The notes beneath the pieces are model-generated. The model was not told the origin of the DNA. It saw only the letters and a program-made list of their open reading frames with translations, and did no database searches. From an uncultured virus (IMG/VR IMGVR_UViG_3300010346_001238) (Duplodnaviria > Heunggongvirae > Uroviricota > Caudoviricetes), in the IMG/VR virus record IMGVR_UViG_3300010346_001238: 64,000 nt of DNA. One strand, written 5' to 3'. Position numbers and translations under genes: made by a program. Positions 32,092-42,055 of this stretch are shown piece after piece (position 1 is the first letter of the stretch; the number at the start of each line of letters is the position of its first letter).

Positions 32092-33574
32092 TTATGATGC
32101 GGACTTTTGGGGAATTTTTTCCCCGCTAACGGCATGTGATGCCGCCGCCATCCTTTCGGAAATTGTTTTATTTTTAATATTTATGGCTGCATTTACATCT
32201 CGATCATGTTTAGCGCCACAATTAGAACACTTCCAAATTCTGGTATTAAGATCAATATCCGTATTCATATGTTTACATGAATTACACATTATGGTAGTGT
32301 ATGATTCAATTATATCATAGACTTCTTTGGGCGTCAAGGACAAATTTGCTTTATCTTTAGTTTTGGCCTTGAATTCGGATATGGCGTGTTCTCGGGATAT
32401 TGTATTGAAAGACTTTTTTTGTTTTCCTTGTCCTTTAGCTAAAGTATGTAATTTTACATCACCGATGCCAATGACATCATAATTGCGAAGAAAATGAATA
32501 GCTAATTTGTGATAATAATCTGATTTGGCGTTTTTAAAATGTAATTTAATTTTTGCTATTTGTTTAGTAGTTTCCAGCAATCGTTTACTACGGAATTTTG
32601 CTTTAGTTCCCCGTTTCCAAGTACCATCTGGATTATAGCAATGGGGATTTCCTTTACGAAATTGTCGATCTACTTTTCTTTGCAATTTTCGCAATTTTTT
32701 CTCTAGGCGATTATCTTTAGAAAGACTTTTAGGAGTAAATTTTTCTCCATCGCTGGTTGTAATGGCGGATTTCATGCCGGGGTCAATACCTACAATTTTT
32801 TCTGTAGGGGGGGCCAAAATCTCGGGTAAAAACTGATTTATCGGCTTCAATGGTGCATGTAATATACCATCGCCCAATTGGATTTTTCTTTAAAGAAATT
32901 TGTTTAATTGTACTTTCTTGTGGCAGTGGGCGATCTTCGGTAATTTCTACTTGAGATAGACAGGGGGAACCGCACCATGATAAATCTACATATTTTCCAA
33001 ATGTGAAAGCCGAGGTTGATATAATTTGTTTTTGGATGGCCGAGGTTTGTCCTTTCTTTTTAAATCGGGGGGCTTGATGTACTCTTTTTTCCCATGAATT
33101 ACAGAAATCATCCCAGTGACGAAGAATACTGAACCCAATAGCAGAAGATCCATCTTTAAGAATATGATTTTTTAGGGTATTTACTTTTTCTCCGGCATAA
33201 AGTCGGGCGAGATGGATATTTGAAAATCTTCGGTATCGGGATCCATCTTTTCTACGTTTGATTGCGGTATCTTTTTCGATGCGTTTTGAAATAAATAATT
33301 CCAGTGCTTTTTCTATGGAAATATTTTCTTGTTCGGCCAATTTTTTTACTTCACCGGCTCGTCTGCCGGTTAGTTTTTTTCCGGCAAACATTTTTGCATA
33401 TTCATTAATAATGGATGCTCTGCGTCCATTTTTACATTCGTGAAGGGCATGTCGGGTATGTCTGACAAGTTCATTCCATAGGATTCTGCTTTTTGTTCCG
33501 GCGTTTTCCAGTGCTTGAAGCTGCACGGGGGTTGGCAGAAGAGCGTACGTATAATTTCTCGTCATTTTTTCCAT
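32092..33574 (-). CDS. compact type V (TnpB/Cas12f-like) RNA-guided nuclease, split by a frameshift at C7 (32807-32813); 493 aa if C6
   Basis: N-terminal YTYALLPT..Q..L, PRFKKK, GRWYI; RuvC-I GIDPG; CNSC..CSNC; RuvC-III DRDVNAAINI; adjacent to the array. Confidence 0.9.
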
Positions 33575-33613
33575 TGTCGTCAATATACTTTAATGGGGAA
33601 TGAAAGTCAAGGA

Positions 33614-33811
33614 TTATTTCAGAGTTTTTCCAATTGAAGGGTGGGATTTTACTCGGTTATGGATGAAATTTTTCAAATTGGCTTCGCAGGCCGTGAGGAA
33701 ATCTTCACTGACACGAGAGAACATTTTGGCTCGGGTTGGGGAGGGATTGGCTCGGGCAACTTCAAGGGCGAAGGCTTTTACTTTTGATGCACAAATGAGA
33801 TTATATTTCAT
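33614..33811 (-). CDS. putative histone-fold protein
   Basis: LICASKVK...RVSEDFL...GKTLK. Confidence 0.55.
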   Translation of the reverse strand: MKYNLICASKVKAFALEVARANPSPTRAKMFSRVSEDFLTACEANLKNFIHNRVKSHPSIGKTLK

Positions 33812-33926
33812 CCGGGTCTTTTTAGTTGGCAAATTACAAGATTCAATCATGTGGGAATTATACGTCATTTTATAAAATTGTCAACATAAATCTTATTTTT
33901 GTTGGATTTGGATATTATGTATTGAC

Positions 33927-34157
33927 ATGAAATCATTTCAAAAGAGCCGAGTAAAATTATTGGAAGAATTGATGGTTATTCTGGAAAATTCGAGCCTTCA
34001 ATTATTAGAAGACAAGTCGTTTGCGGGTAAGAAACAGCAAAGAAAATTGGAATTAATTCGTCGGGAGTTAGTAGAATTTATTGAAGAAATGGAACAGAAA
34101 GAGTGGGAAGAAAGAAAGCGGCGGAGGAGAAGAAATGAAAGAATTAATATTACTTGA
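33927..34157 (+). CDS. hypothetical helical protein
   Basis: ORF only. Confidence 0.6.
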   Translation: MKSFQKSRVKLLEELMVILENSSLQLLEDKSFAGKKQQRKLELIRRELVEFIEEMEQKEWEERKRRRRRNERINIT

Positions 34158-34277
34158 TTGGTGGTGTGTATATTATCCTTATTATTTGGCTTGGATATTA
34201 TATTGGATATTAGAATATCAATTTATCGCAAATATTATATACTCTTAATATATTTATATAAAATTGAGGAATTATAT

Positions 34278-35033
34278 ATGAAATTAAAAGATATTTTATT
34301 TGAAGCCATTGAAAGCCGAAATAGATATTTAGAAGCGGCTAAGAAAAAAAGTTCTTCGAAAAAAGAAGATAATAAAAAAGAATTGGAATTAGATGATACT
34401 TGGTCTTTTGAGGTGCCTCTTACGGCGAGGGATGTATATAATTTTTATTTTTTGCATGGAATTAAGACATATTTTTCTGAATTATTAAGGACGGATTTTG
34501 GCGAATTTTTATTTAAAGAATATTTAAATTATTTTAAGAAAAAATATGTAAAAACATTTAAAGAATTGATTGCTCGCCAAATTGCCAAGTATATGTATCG
34601 GGGAAGAATTGATCCGGATTTTCCTACTTTTGATGGTATAGATGTAAAAGACACTGAAAAAAATGTTGAAAAGTTGAGGCAAGTTTCTCCCTCGGAACTT
34701 TATCGATTGATGAGAAAAACTTTTCGTAGTGATATGATAAGGAGGAATGAACGGTGGGAAGAAATAGCTACGCATTATGAAATGTTAAACCGTTCCAGTT
34801 CGCCCAATGATATTTTATTGGCGATTAATATGTTAAATAATGCGGTGCATAATACACGGACTACAGTTATTGATAAGTTTCCAAATTATTATGGTGAATT
34901 AGATGCTGCGTTTAAAGAGGCGGCTACGTTTAAGGATTTAAATCAGTATATTGGGAAGGTAGATCGTGATCTTTGGAAATTATTTAGAAGTAGTGATTAC
35001 TTAGAGGAAAATTTATATAAAAATAATATTTGA
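34278..35033 (+). CDS. hypothetical protein, possibly virion-internal
   Basis: GAGGA RBS, MKLKDILFE start, HNTRTTVIDK motif. Confidence 0.75.
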   Translation: MKLKDILFEAIESRNRYLEAAKKKSSSKKEDNKKELELDDTWSFEVPLTARDVYNFYFLHGIKTYFSELLRTDFGEFLFKEYLNYFKKKYVKTFKELIARQIAKYMYRGRIDPDFPTFDGIDVKDTEKNVEKLRQVSPSELYRLMRKTFRSDMIRRNERWEEIATHYEMLNRSSSPNDILLAINMLNNAVHNTRTTVIDKFPNYYGELDAAFKEAATFKDLNQYIGKVDRDLWKLFRSSDYLEENLYKNNI

Positions 35034-35065
35034 TATACTGGCGGGAATTTTGGTATATTATAGTT

Positions 35066-35476
35066 ATGATATTTACTTTTAATAGTGTTATTTTTTCTGG
35101 AGCAATTGAATTAGAAATGTTGCTTGAGAATCCGGTTGCATTGGAAAAATATATAATTTCTGAATTGGTTTGGAAAAATGCAATAGAAGGATTTAATGCG
35201 GAATTAGAAAAACGGGGTAGGGTACTTGAAAGAATTGAAGATAAACATGTAGATATATTAAAACTAAAATATAGTAATAATCAATTATATTTGTGGATGT
35301 TGGTTTTGGAAAAAGACATTGAAGATATTAAAAACAATTTTTCATTTACTTACACGGGTGAAATAGTTTTAGAGAAAAATTCCGAATTAAAGGTTGAACG
35401 ATTAATTATTGGAGATATATTATATCAGAATGGTGGGGAGTGGAAAAATCTTTTGAAAAAGAGGTTGACTTTTTGA
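35066..35476 (+). CDS. hypothetical protein
   Basis: ORF with promoter. Confidence 0.6.
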   Translation: MIFTFNSVIFSGAIELEMLLENPVALEKYIISELVWKNAIEGFNAELEKRGRVLERIEDKHVDILKLKYSNNQLYLWMLVLEKDIEDIKNNFSFTYTGEIVLEKNSELKVERLIIGDILYQNGGEWKNLLKKRLTF

Positions 35477-35515
35477 GGGAGATGTAGTATATTTATAAAC
35501 AGTTCTTTGAAAAAT

Positions 35516-35922
35516 GGGCCTGACATGGATTCGATCTAAGGGAGGAGATATTTGATGCATGTAGAGGAAGATTGCTTGGCCTCTTAAAAAATGTAATCAA
35601 AAAAACAACTGCCAACCGATTAAACGAATTGGCCTCGGTGGATTTCTCTATGCCGCTTGTCGGCGTGGAGGAAACTGCTGGTGTTGAGCTAGCTTTAGCA
35701 TAACACCAAACACCCAAAGATTCTCGCTATGAGGGTGTTGAGCTAGCAGCGAGAAAACTGCTGGTGGTTAAAATTATCAGCGTGAAGGAATGGTCACTAT
35801 ATCATTCTATATCGTTTAGTTTGCTTATTATCGAACACGATGAAATCAAAAATAAGATAAACATGTAGATTCAGATTTTGATTCTTTTAGAGACCCGGGT
35901 TCGATTCCCGGCAGGTCCACCA
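35516..35922 (+). ncRNA. ssrA: tmRNA
   Basis: GGGCCTG/CAGGTCC-A-CCA acceptor with G3:U; GGATTCGA; T-arm; tag ORF 35611-35703 ending ELALA*. Confidence 0.95.
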
Positions 35923-36014
35923 ATTTTGGATGACGCCAAGCGTTATGCTTGGCGTTTTTTATGTATTTATTTGTATATAATATAATTATTGAATATATTT
36001 ATACAAAGAAAATT

Positions 36015-39000
36015 ATGGCAATTTTATTAAAAGATCAACTAAATAGGCGGCATTTTTTAAAAGAAATTTCATATTCGGGTCCTGTATTCGATGATGAATA
36101 TTATAGTAAAATAAGTCGGAATGAAATAATTCCTCGTAAGGGGGGAGTACAATTATTTTATGATTTATATGCTATATATAGTCTTTGGCGAGAATATGGA
36201 TTTGGGTTAATGTCCAAGGAATATAGACAAAAGGTTAGATCCAAAGATGCCACTGGAGAAGAATGGACTTCAACAGAACCTTTTGGTAGTATATTTACTC
36301 CATCGATACATCCCGACTCTCAGAGGATTATTACTAATTGTGCATTATATGCGATTGATGAATTTTTTAGTTCAGCAGTATATACTACGGGTAAAAACTT
36401 AGAAACTTATTTGCGACATGCTTTAAGGCAAGAATTTCGTTATATTGCTCAAGGTAAGTGTCCGTCATTACAAAATTTTGCCGGTGAAATTATTAGTATT
36501 CATGAAAGTAATGAATTACAATATTTTAAAGGGGGAAATGTGGTGGAAGAACGACCGTTTATAGATATACAGGAATTTGAAAAAGTATTAAATAAACATT
36601 GTTATGGGTTTTCGGCAGAAGAAATTTATAAATTATTAAATTTTTGGAAATTAGAAAATGGAGAATATACTGTTACAAAAGCAATTCATATCATTGATTT
36701 ATTATTGAAGGAATTAAAGAAAAAAAATCAAGATAGAGAAGAGGACGGGGAAGAGGAGGCACCGGATTTGCCAGATTTAGATGCGGGGATACATAATCCT
36801 TCTAGTAAATATTTTCAGAAAGACACGGATTTGGATCCTGAATATCAAGAATTTGATAAAAAATCTAAAGTGGCCCAGAAAAAAATTGAATTAAGTACAA
36901 AATTAAGAGATCTTTTAAGAGCGGGTAAAATAAGTAAATCCACGTATAAAAAATACATGGATCAATTATCTAAAACAAGGTTGACCGAAGGAAATATAAG
37001 TCTTTCTATAGTAAATAGAGTAGAAAATAATTTGGAACAGAGTGGAATTGGTTGGAAATTAATAGAAGATGCGTTTAATAAGTTACGATGGAGTTCAAAT
37101 TATGGGGGAATTGCGTGGGGCGTCGCAACGGCGGCATATTTAAGATTAAAAAAATCGATTGATAGTGGCGAAATAGTTACGACTCCTGAAGAAACAATGG
37201 AAATAATTGATTACATATATAGTTTGGAGCATAATACTGGAGCGTTACTTGATAAGGGGCCGATGTTTGTTACTCGTGTGCATTTGGATCGAAGGTTTCG
37301 AATGCAACATTGGGTCAATTTTATACCTTATGTATCCTTAAAAGTTAAGAAATTGTTATCATTTTATTCTCGTATTAATCCTCAAGCTAGAAAAGAATAT
37401 GCTATATATCAATTAAGAAATACTCCGGCAGAAGAATTTACTCCATTAGAAGTTGATCAATTAATTGAATTGGGATTCCAAGAAGTTCCGGAAAAAAGCA
37501 CGGATGTTACAAACCCAGAATATACATATAAAGAACCACGAAATGTAAAAAATAGATTTAGAATTCAAGTTAATTATAAAACGGATAAAAAACCGTTGGA
37601 AGAACCAGTATATTTAGAAATTAGTAAACATCGCAAAAAATATATTATCTCTCTGGAATTAGAACATAAATTCATTTATTTTAATACATTTGAAAAAGCC
37701 ATTGATTATTTATCTAACCGGACGGATTTAATAAGAGCAAATAAGAAGCTTCATAATGTAGATGAAGCACAAAAAAATAAGTTTATTAATAGTTATACCG
37801 TAATCAAATTGTCAAGGGAAAAAGAAGCCATTCTTTTAGATGAATGTAACATGGGATGGAAAGATCAAATGTATGAGGCGTATTTTAAAGGATATGTAAG
37901 ATTTAGAATGTATGCTTTTAGTAATGGATTATACATGTGTACTTTTAATAATTCGCCAACATTTAATGTTCTTTATTCATGGGAAGAAACTTTAAATTAT
38001 TGTAAAAAACAAACGATTCATGCAAAACCTCATCCGAACCCAGAAAAAATTAAGTCACAAATGACATTGCCGATGACGGATCGGCCTTATGCATTAGAAG
38101 AGGAACAAAAGGCTTCCATACAAAATTTAATTGCACAAACATTTGTACAAACATCTCAATTTCAATATAGATTTGTTCAAAATCAGGCTGGAGAATACAC
38201 TGTGTTTAGAAAAACAGATGTAAATGTTAAGCCAATGTTTTCAATTAAAAAACTTAATGTAGAAGGAAAGGATGATTATACAATATTCCACTGGTTATCT
38301 ACAAATTCTAAAGAATCTTATTCTTTTAATACTTGGGATGATGCATTTAATTTCTTATCCCGAAATATACACAAATTATCTTTAGCTAAAAGTTTATCAG
38401 ATCAGACTTCTCAAACTGCTCAAATTTCTTCTCCAATGGATTCTATATTTAATGAGACATTGCCGCCAAATGCAACAAGTCAGGCGTTATATACGGCTCA
38501 TGTGGGAATTGATGGTGGGGTTAAAAAGAGTATTCGTTTAACAGAGGAAGATGAATCAAAATTAGTTTCTGTTGGATTTGTTCCTAAAATGGTTGGGAAT
38601 GAAGTGTGGTATATACATAAATACAATAGTGATACTATAAAGTTTTATGCGGATGATAGTGCATTTATAATAAAAACTACGTATTCTGTTGGAAAATCTA
38701 AGATGAAAATTTTAGAAGCAATTAATTGGGCACTTACACATTACGCTAAAAACAGCGGAGCAACTTCTCCCGATTCATTAAGGCATACAACAATAGATGG
38801 AAGTCAAAATGTTAAAATGGGATCAATGTTTGAGAAACATATTACTAATGCAGGGTTCCGTTGGGATGAAAGTTCCAAATCATATATTGATGGAAATAAT
38901 AAGATTATAATCAATCCATTTCCAAAATCAACACTTTATATCGGTGATAAAATAATGACATTTAATGGATTGTTAGATTTAATTGAATTTGTAAAGAACG

Positions 39001-39023
39001 AATATCCCACACTTAAAAAATAA
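36015..39023 (+). CDS. large hypothetical protein (~1000 aa)
   Basis: Long ORF; HNTGALLDK motif. Confidence 0.85.
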   Translation: MAILLKDQLNRRHFLKEISYSGPVFDDEYYSKISRNEIIPRKGGVQLFYDLYAIYSLWREYGFGLMSKEYRQKVRSKDATGEEWTSTEPFGSIFTPSIHPDSQRIITNCALYAIDEFFSSAVYTTGKNLETYLRHALRQEFRYIAQGKCPSLQNFAGEIISIHESNELQYFKGGNVVEERPFIDIQEFEKVLNKHCYGFSAEEIYKLLNFWKLENGEYTVTKAIHIIDLLLKELKKKNQDREEDGEEEAPDLPDLDAGIHNPSSKYFQKDTDLDPEYQEFDKKSKVAQKKIELSTKLRDLLRAGKISKSTYKKYMDQLSKTRLTEGNISLSIVNRVENNLEQSGIGWKLIEDAFNKLRWSSNYGGIAWGVATAAYLRLKKSIDSGEIVTTPEETMEIIDYIYSLEHNTGALLDKGPMFVTRVHLDRRFRMQHWVNFIPYVSLKVKKLLSFYSRINPQARKEYAIYQLRNTPAEEFTPLEVDQLIELGFQEVPEKSTDVTNPEYTYKEPRNVKNRFRIQVNYKTDKKPLEEPVYLEISKHRKKYIISLELEHKFIYFNTFEKAIDYLSNRTDLIRANKKLHNVDEAQKNKFINSYTVIKLSREKEAILLDECNMGWKDQMYEAYFKGYVRFRMYAFSNGLYMCTFNNSPTFNVLYSWEETLNYCKKQTIHAKPHPNPEKIKSQMTLPMTDRPYALEEEQKASIQNLIAQTFVQTSQFQYRFVQNQAGEYTVFRKTDVNVKPMFSIKKLNVEGKDDYTIFHWLSTNSKESYSFNTWDDAFNFLSRNIHKLSLAKSLSDQTSQTAQISSPMDSIFNETLPPNATSQALYTAHVGIDGGVKKSIRLTEEDESKLVSVGFVPKMVGNEVWYIHKYNSDTIKFYADDSAFIIKTTYSVGKSKMKILEAINWALTHYAKNSGATSPDSLRHTTIDGSQNVKMGSMFEKHITNAGFRWDESSKSYIDGNNKIIINPFPKSTLYIGDKIMTFNGLLDLIEFVKNEYPTLKK

Positions 39024-39112
39024 TAATTTAACTGTTTTTTAAAATATAAACGATATATATAGGAAAACACACACATTGCATATAATTGCAATTTTAACAC
39101 ACAGGAAAAATT

Positions 39113-39895
39113 ATGAATGAGATTATAAAAGCAACGGGGTCGTTGGATTCAAATGTTATTGTAGAAGGACCTTCCTTAAATTCTTCTTCTTTAAATTTCA
39201 GTGGTTCAGTTCAAACATATGAAATAGATGATGTAACTAAATGGAAAGAACAAAATAAAAAAGAAATATCAGAATGTATTTTAAAGTTTAAAGAATATTT
39301 ATCAACTTATCCCAAATGGTTATCGGATGAGGGTTCATCAACTATTTGTATATTGTTATCTTTAAAAAATAATGTTAAATTAATATTGAATCGTTTGCCG
39401 GAAGAAGATCAACGAACTATCAATGGAATATTAAAGAAACGGGGGTTAGATAATATTAAATTTCTTGAAGTGAGATTTGATGAAAATAAAGATTTTATAT
39501 TTAAAACTACAGATTCATTAAATAATTCTGTTGAATTTACTATGGTTAATTCAATATTATATTCCAATCCTGCGGATTTAAATGAAAAACCACCCAAAAC
39601 GGTTTCAGTAGAAACAAAAGGTGATAAGGTTTTTATTGGTGGACGAATTTCTATTGATAAAAAAGAAATAAAAAAGACAATTGAAAATGGACTTGTAAAA
39701 AAACATACAATTGCAATTAAAGAAAGATCGCCGGGAAATAGTCGAGGAAATAGTTCTGGAAGAAATGCATATGAAATTCGTGCGGATATATTACAAATGG
39801 CCATTGATTGGTATTATAATAAGGAAAATGTATCCGATGACGATCTTATGTCGTTAGCTGATAGATTTTATCGTTTTGTAGAAAATAAAATATAG
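39113..39895 (+). CDS. hypothetical protein
   Basis: C-terminal NAYEIRADILQMA..A.RFY.FV. Confidence 0.75.
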   Translation: MNEIIKATGSLDSNVIVEGPSLNSSSLNFSGSVQTYEIDDVTKWKEQNKKEISECILKFKEYLSTYPKWLSDEGSSTICILLSLKNNVKLILNRLPEEDQRTINGILKKRGLDNIKFLEVRFDENKDFIFKTTDSLNNSVEFTMVNSILYSNPADLNEKPPKTVSVETKGDKVFIGGRISIDKKEIKKTIENGLVKKHTIAIKERSPGNSRGNSSGRNAYEIRADILQMAIDWYYNKENVSDDDLMSLADRFYRFVENKI

Positions 39896-39903
39896 GAATA
39901 TAT

Positions 39904-40629
39904 ATGAGTTTATCTTTAGTAACATTAATGAGAGATGACCCCGATTTTGGTCGTCGTTTTACAAAAAAAGTTGAAGAAGTAAAACAGGATAAAAAAGGAT
40001 TACTTAGTGCGGCAGAAGAATATTTGGAACGATATAAGGATGAAGTTATTGAAGGTACTAAAAAAAGACAGTTGTTGATTTCCGAAGGTGCTTCACGGGG
40101 ATTATCGGAAGAGGAATCTTTAAGAGCAAATAATAGATTTATTCCTACTATATATACTCCAATTATGAATTTATTATATTTCATGTTGCGAGAAACAGAG
40201 AAAGAAGATGCGGAAAGATATAGACAGCGAGATTTAATAGATGAGGCATTAGTAAAAGCGGGGCAATTAAGCCATGATGAAATTGAAAGAGAATTATCAG
40301 ATAATGAATTGGAATCATTAATTACAGAACAATTGAAAAAATTGCAAGCCGAGCAACAACAAGATTCTCGAAGAAAAGAATTCAATAAAAGGATTTTGGA
40401 AGAGGAACGAGAAAAGAATGAAATGAAAGAACCACCCGAAGTGGTTAATTATTTATACGGAAATGTTACAATGGAAATTTTTAATAAAATAAAGAAATTA
40501 AAAGCATTATCTCGAAGTTCCAATGAATCGGAAGCATTTCAAGCGTATAGAAAAGCATTAGAATTGTGTAAAGAATATAATCTTGAATTTGATCGAATTC
40601 CCTGTTATGTTGAACAAAAAGAAGATTAA
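39904..40629 (+). CDS. protein with C-terminal DUF2786-like segment
   Basis: KIKKLKALSRSSNESEAFQAYRKALELCKEYNL. Confidence 0.7.
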   Translation: MSLSLVTLMRDDPDFGRRFTKKVEEVKQDKKGLLSAAEEYLERYKDEVIEGTKKRQLLISEGASRGLSEEESLRANNRFIPTIYTPIMNLLYFMLRETEKEDAERYRQRDLIDEALVKAGQLSHDEIERELSDNELESLITEQLKKLQAEQQQDSRRKEFNKRILEEEREKNEMKEPPEVVNYLYGNVTMEIFNKIKKLKALSRSSNESEAFQAYRKALELCKEYNLEFDRIPCYVEQKED

Positions 40630-40663
40630 ATTTCTTGACTTTTGATTTGTTTTAAGTTATATT

Positions 40664-40915
40664 GTGTGGCATATGCTGTACGATTATATAGATATAGCGA
40701 GGCAAATATCTGCTTCAAAAAGCATAATTGCACATACCGGAATGGGAATTTCAGAAGGAAGTGGAATTCCCAATTTCTTTTCGGAAGTTACCGATTATAA
40801 TGATCCTGACTATTATTATGAATCATGTTGGAAAGTTTTAGCAGATGCATTTAGATATTCAGTATTTTCAAATATTCCAGAAAACTTTTTTCATTTTTGG
40901 GAGAATAAATGTTAA
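40664..40915 (+). pseudogene. truncated Sir2 N-terminal duplicate
   Basis: IIAHTGMGISEGSGIPNF only. Confidence 0.55.
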
Positions 40916-40928
40916 GAGTTGAAAAAAT

Positions 40929-41678
40929 ATGTATAAAAAATTAGGTGAAATAATTAATAAATCTAAATCTATAATTGCATTAACGGGGAATGGTATTTCT
41001 GTAAAAAGTGGAGTACCTGATCTTTATTCTTCTGATGCGTTATATTTTATTGAAAAATATAAAAATTATAAAATTGAAGAACTTTTATCTCTTCAAATGT
41101 TAGAAAAAAATCCCGAATTAGTTTTAACTTTTTATAAAGATTGGGCCAAAAAGGTTAATGAAAAAGAACCCAATGAGTCACACAAAATGTTGCGTCAATT
41201 AGAAGAAATGGGGAAATTGACATGGATTATAACACAAAATGTGGATAATTTGCATAAAAAAGCTGGTTCTAAACATGTAATAGAATTATTTGGGAATGTG
41301 ACACAATGGCGGTGTAGTGAACAATGTGGTGAAATATATACTTTTGACACCGCATACAAAATGTTAAATATAGATTCTAAACCCGAATGTACTCGATGTA
41401 AGAATGGTTATATTAGACCTGATATAGTATTATATGGAGAAGATATAGAAGAATGTACTGATTATATAGTAAGAAAAGAGATTCAAGAATGCGATTTAAC
41501 GATAACGATGGGAAATTCATTAGAAAATAGTATTATTTCTGAATTAATTCATGCAATTCCTAGTACTAATTCATTAGTTATAATAAATGAAAATAATACG
41601 CTTTTAGACCATCGGGCGGATTTGGTATTTAATGAATCTTGTGAAGAAGCGTTGAAAAATATTATAGAACTTTTTTAA
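40929..41678 (+). CDS. Sir2/CobB-family protein with catalytic His replaced by Phe
   Basis: TGNGISVKSGVPD, TQNVDNLH, ELFGN, Zn Cys pairs, RPDIVLYGE. Confidence 0.9.
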   Translation: MYKKLGEIINKSKSIIALTGNGISVKSGVPDLYSSDALYFIEKYKNYKIEELLSLQMLEKNPELVLTFYKDWAKKVNEKEPNESHKMLRQLEEMGKLTWIITQNVDNLHKKAGSKHVIELFGNVTQWRCSEQCGEIYTFDTAYKMLNIDSKPECTRCKNGYIRPDIVLYGEDIEECTDYIVRKEIQECDLTITMGNSLENSIISELIHAIPSTNSLVIINENNTLLDHRADLVFNESCEEALKNIIELF

Positions 41679-41771
41679 AAAGTTGGACATAAAAAAGTTG
41701 ACATTTAAGAAATTTTGGGGTATAATTATACCCAAGAATGAAAATACTATCTTGGAAGGTAGTATATTTAT

Positions 41772-42005
41772 CTTTGGTGCGGGAAGAAAACCCGCCTGCT
41801 TTAGCGGGTGGGATGAATGCCCGTTAATATAATAATGATTTTGGAATGATTCCAAAATATATATATTGACTTTCCAGTTCAATAAGAACTGGGGAACGGC
41901 GGGAACCGCCGTCTAAGCCAACTGCCTTGACGTAAGACAAATTCTTAGCGGAATTTGCAGTTGATTGGGTTGGAAATCCATTCGCTTTAGCGGATGGGTA
42001 GTTCA
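41772..42005 (+). mobile_element. non-autonomous IS200/IS605-derived element, copy 1
   Basis: Follows TTTAT; left-end hairpin cccgcctgctttagcgggtggg, right end ccattcgctttagcggatgggtagttca; near-identical to 58221-58456. Confidence 0.85.
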
Positions 42006-42055
42006 TAACTTTTGGGTATAACGCCCAATTTTAAAACCTAACAAAAGGAAAATAA

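Noticed and set aside
31607..32320. ORFs 31607-32089 (-) and 31841-32320 (+)
   Set aside because: They translate CRISPR repeats and leader, or are antisense to the nuclease
32092..33574. Ordinary IS605 tnpB transposon
   Set aside because: No tnpA or IS end hairpin visible at the gene; followed by a true spacer array
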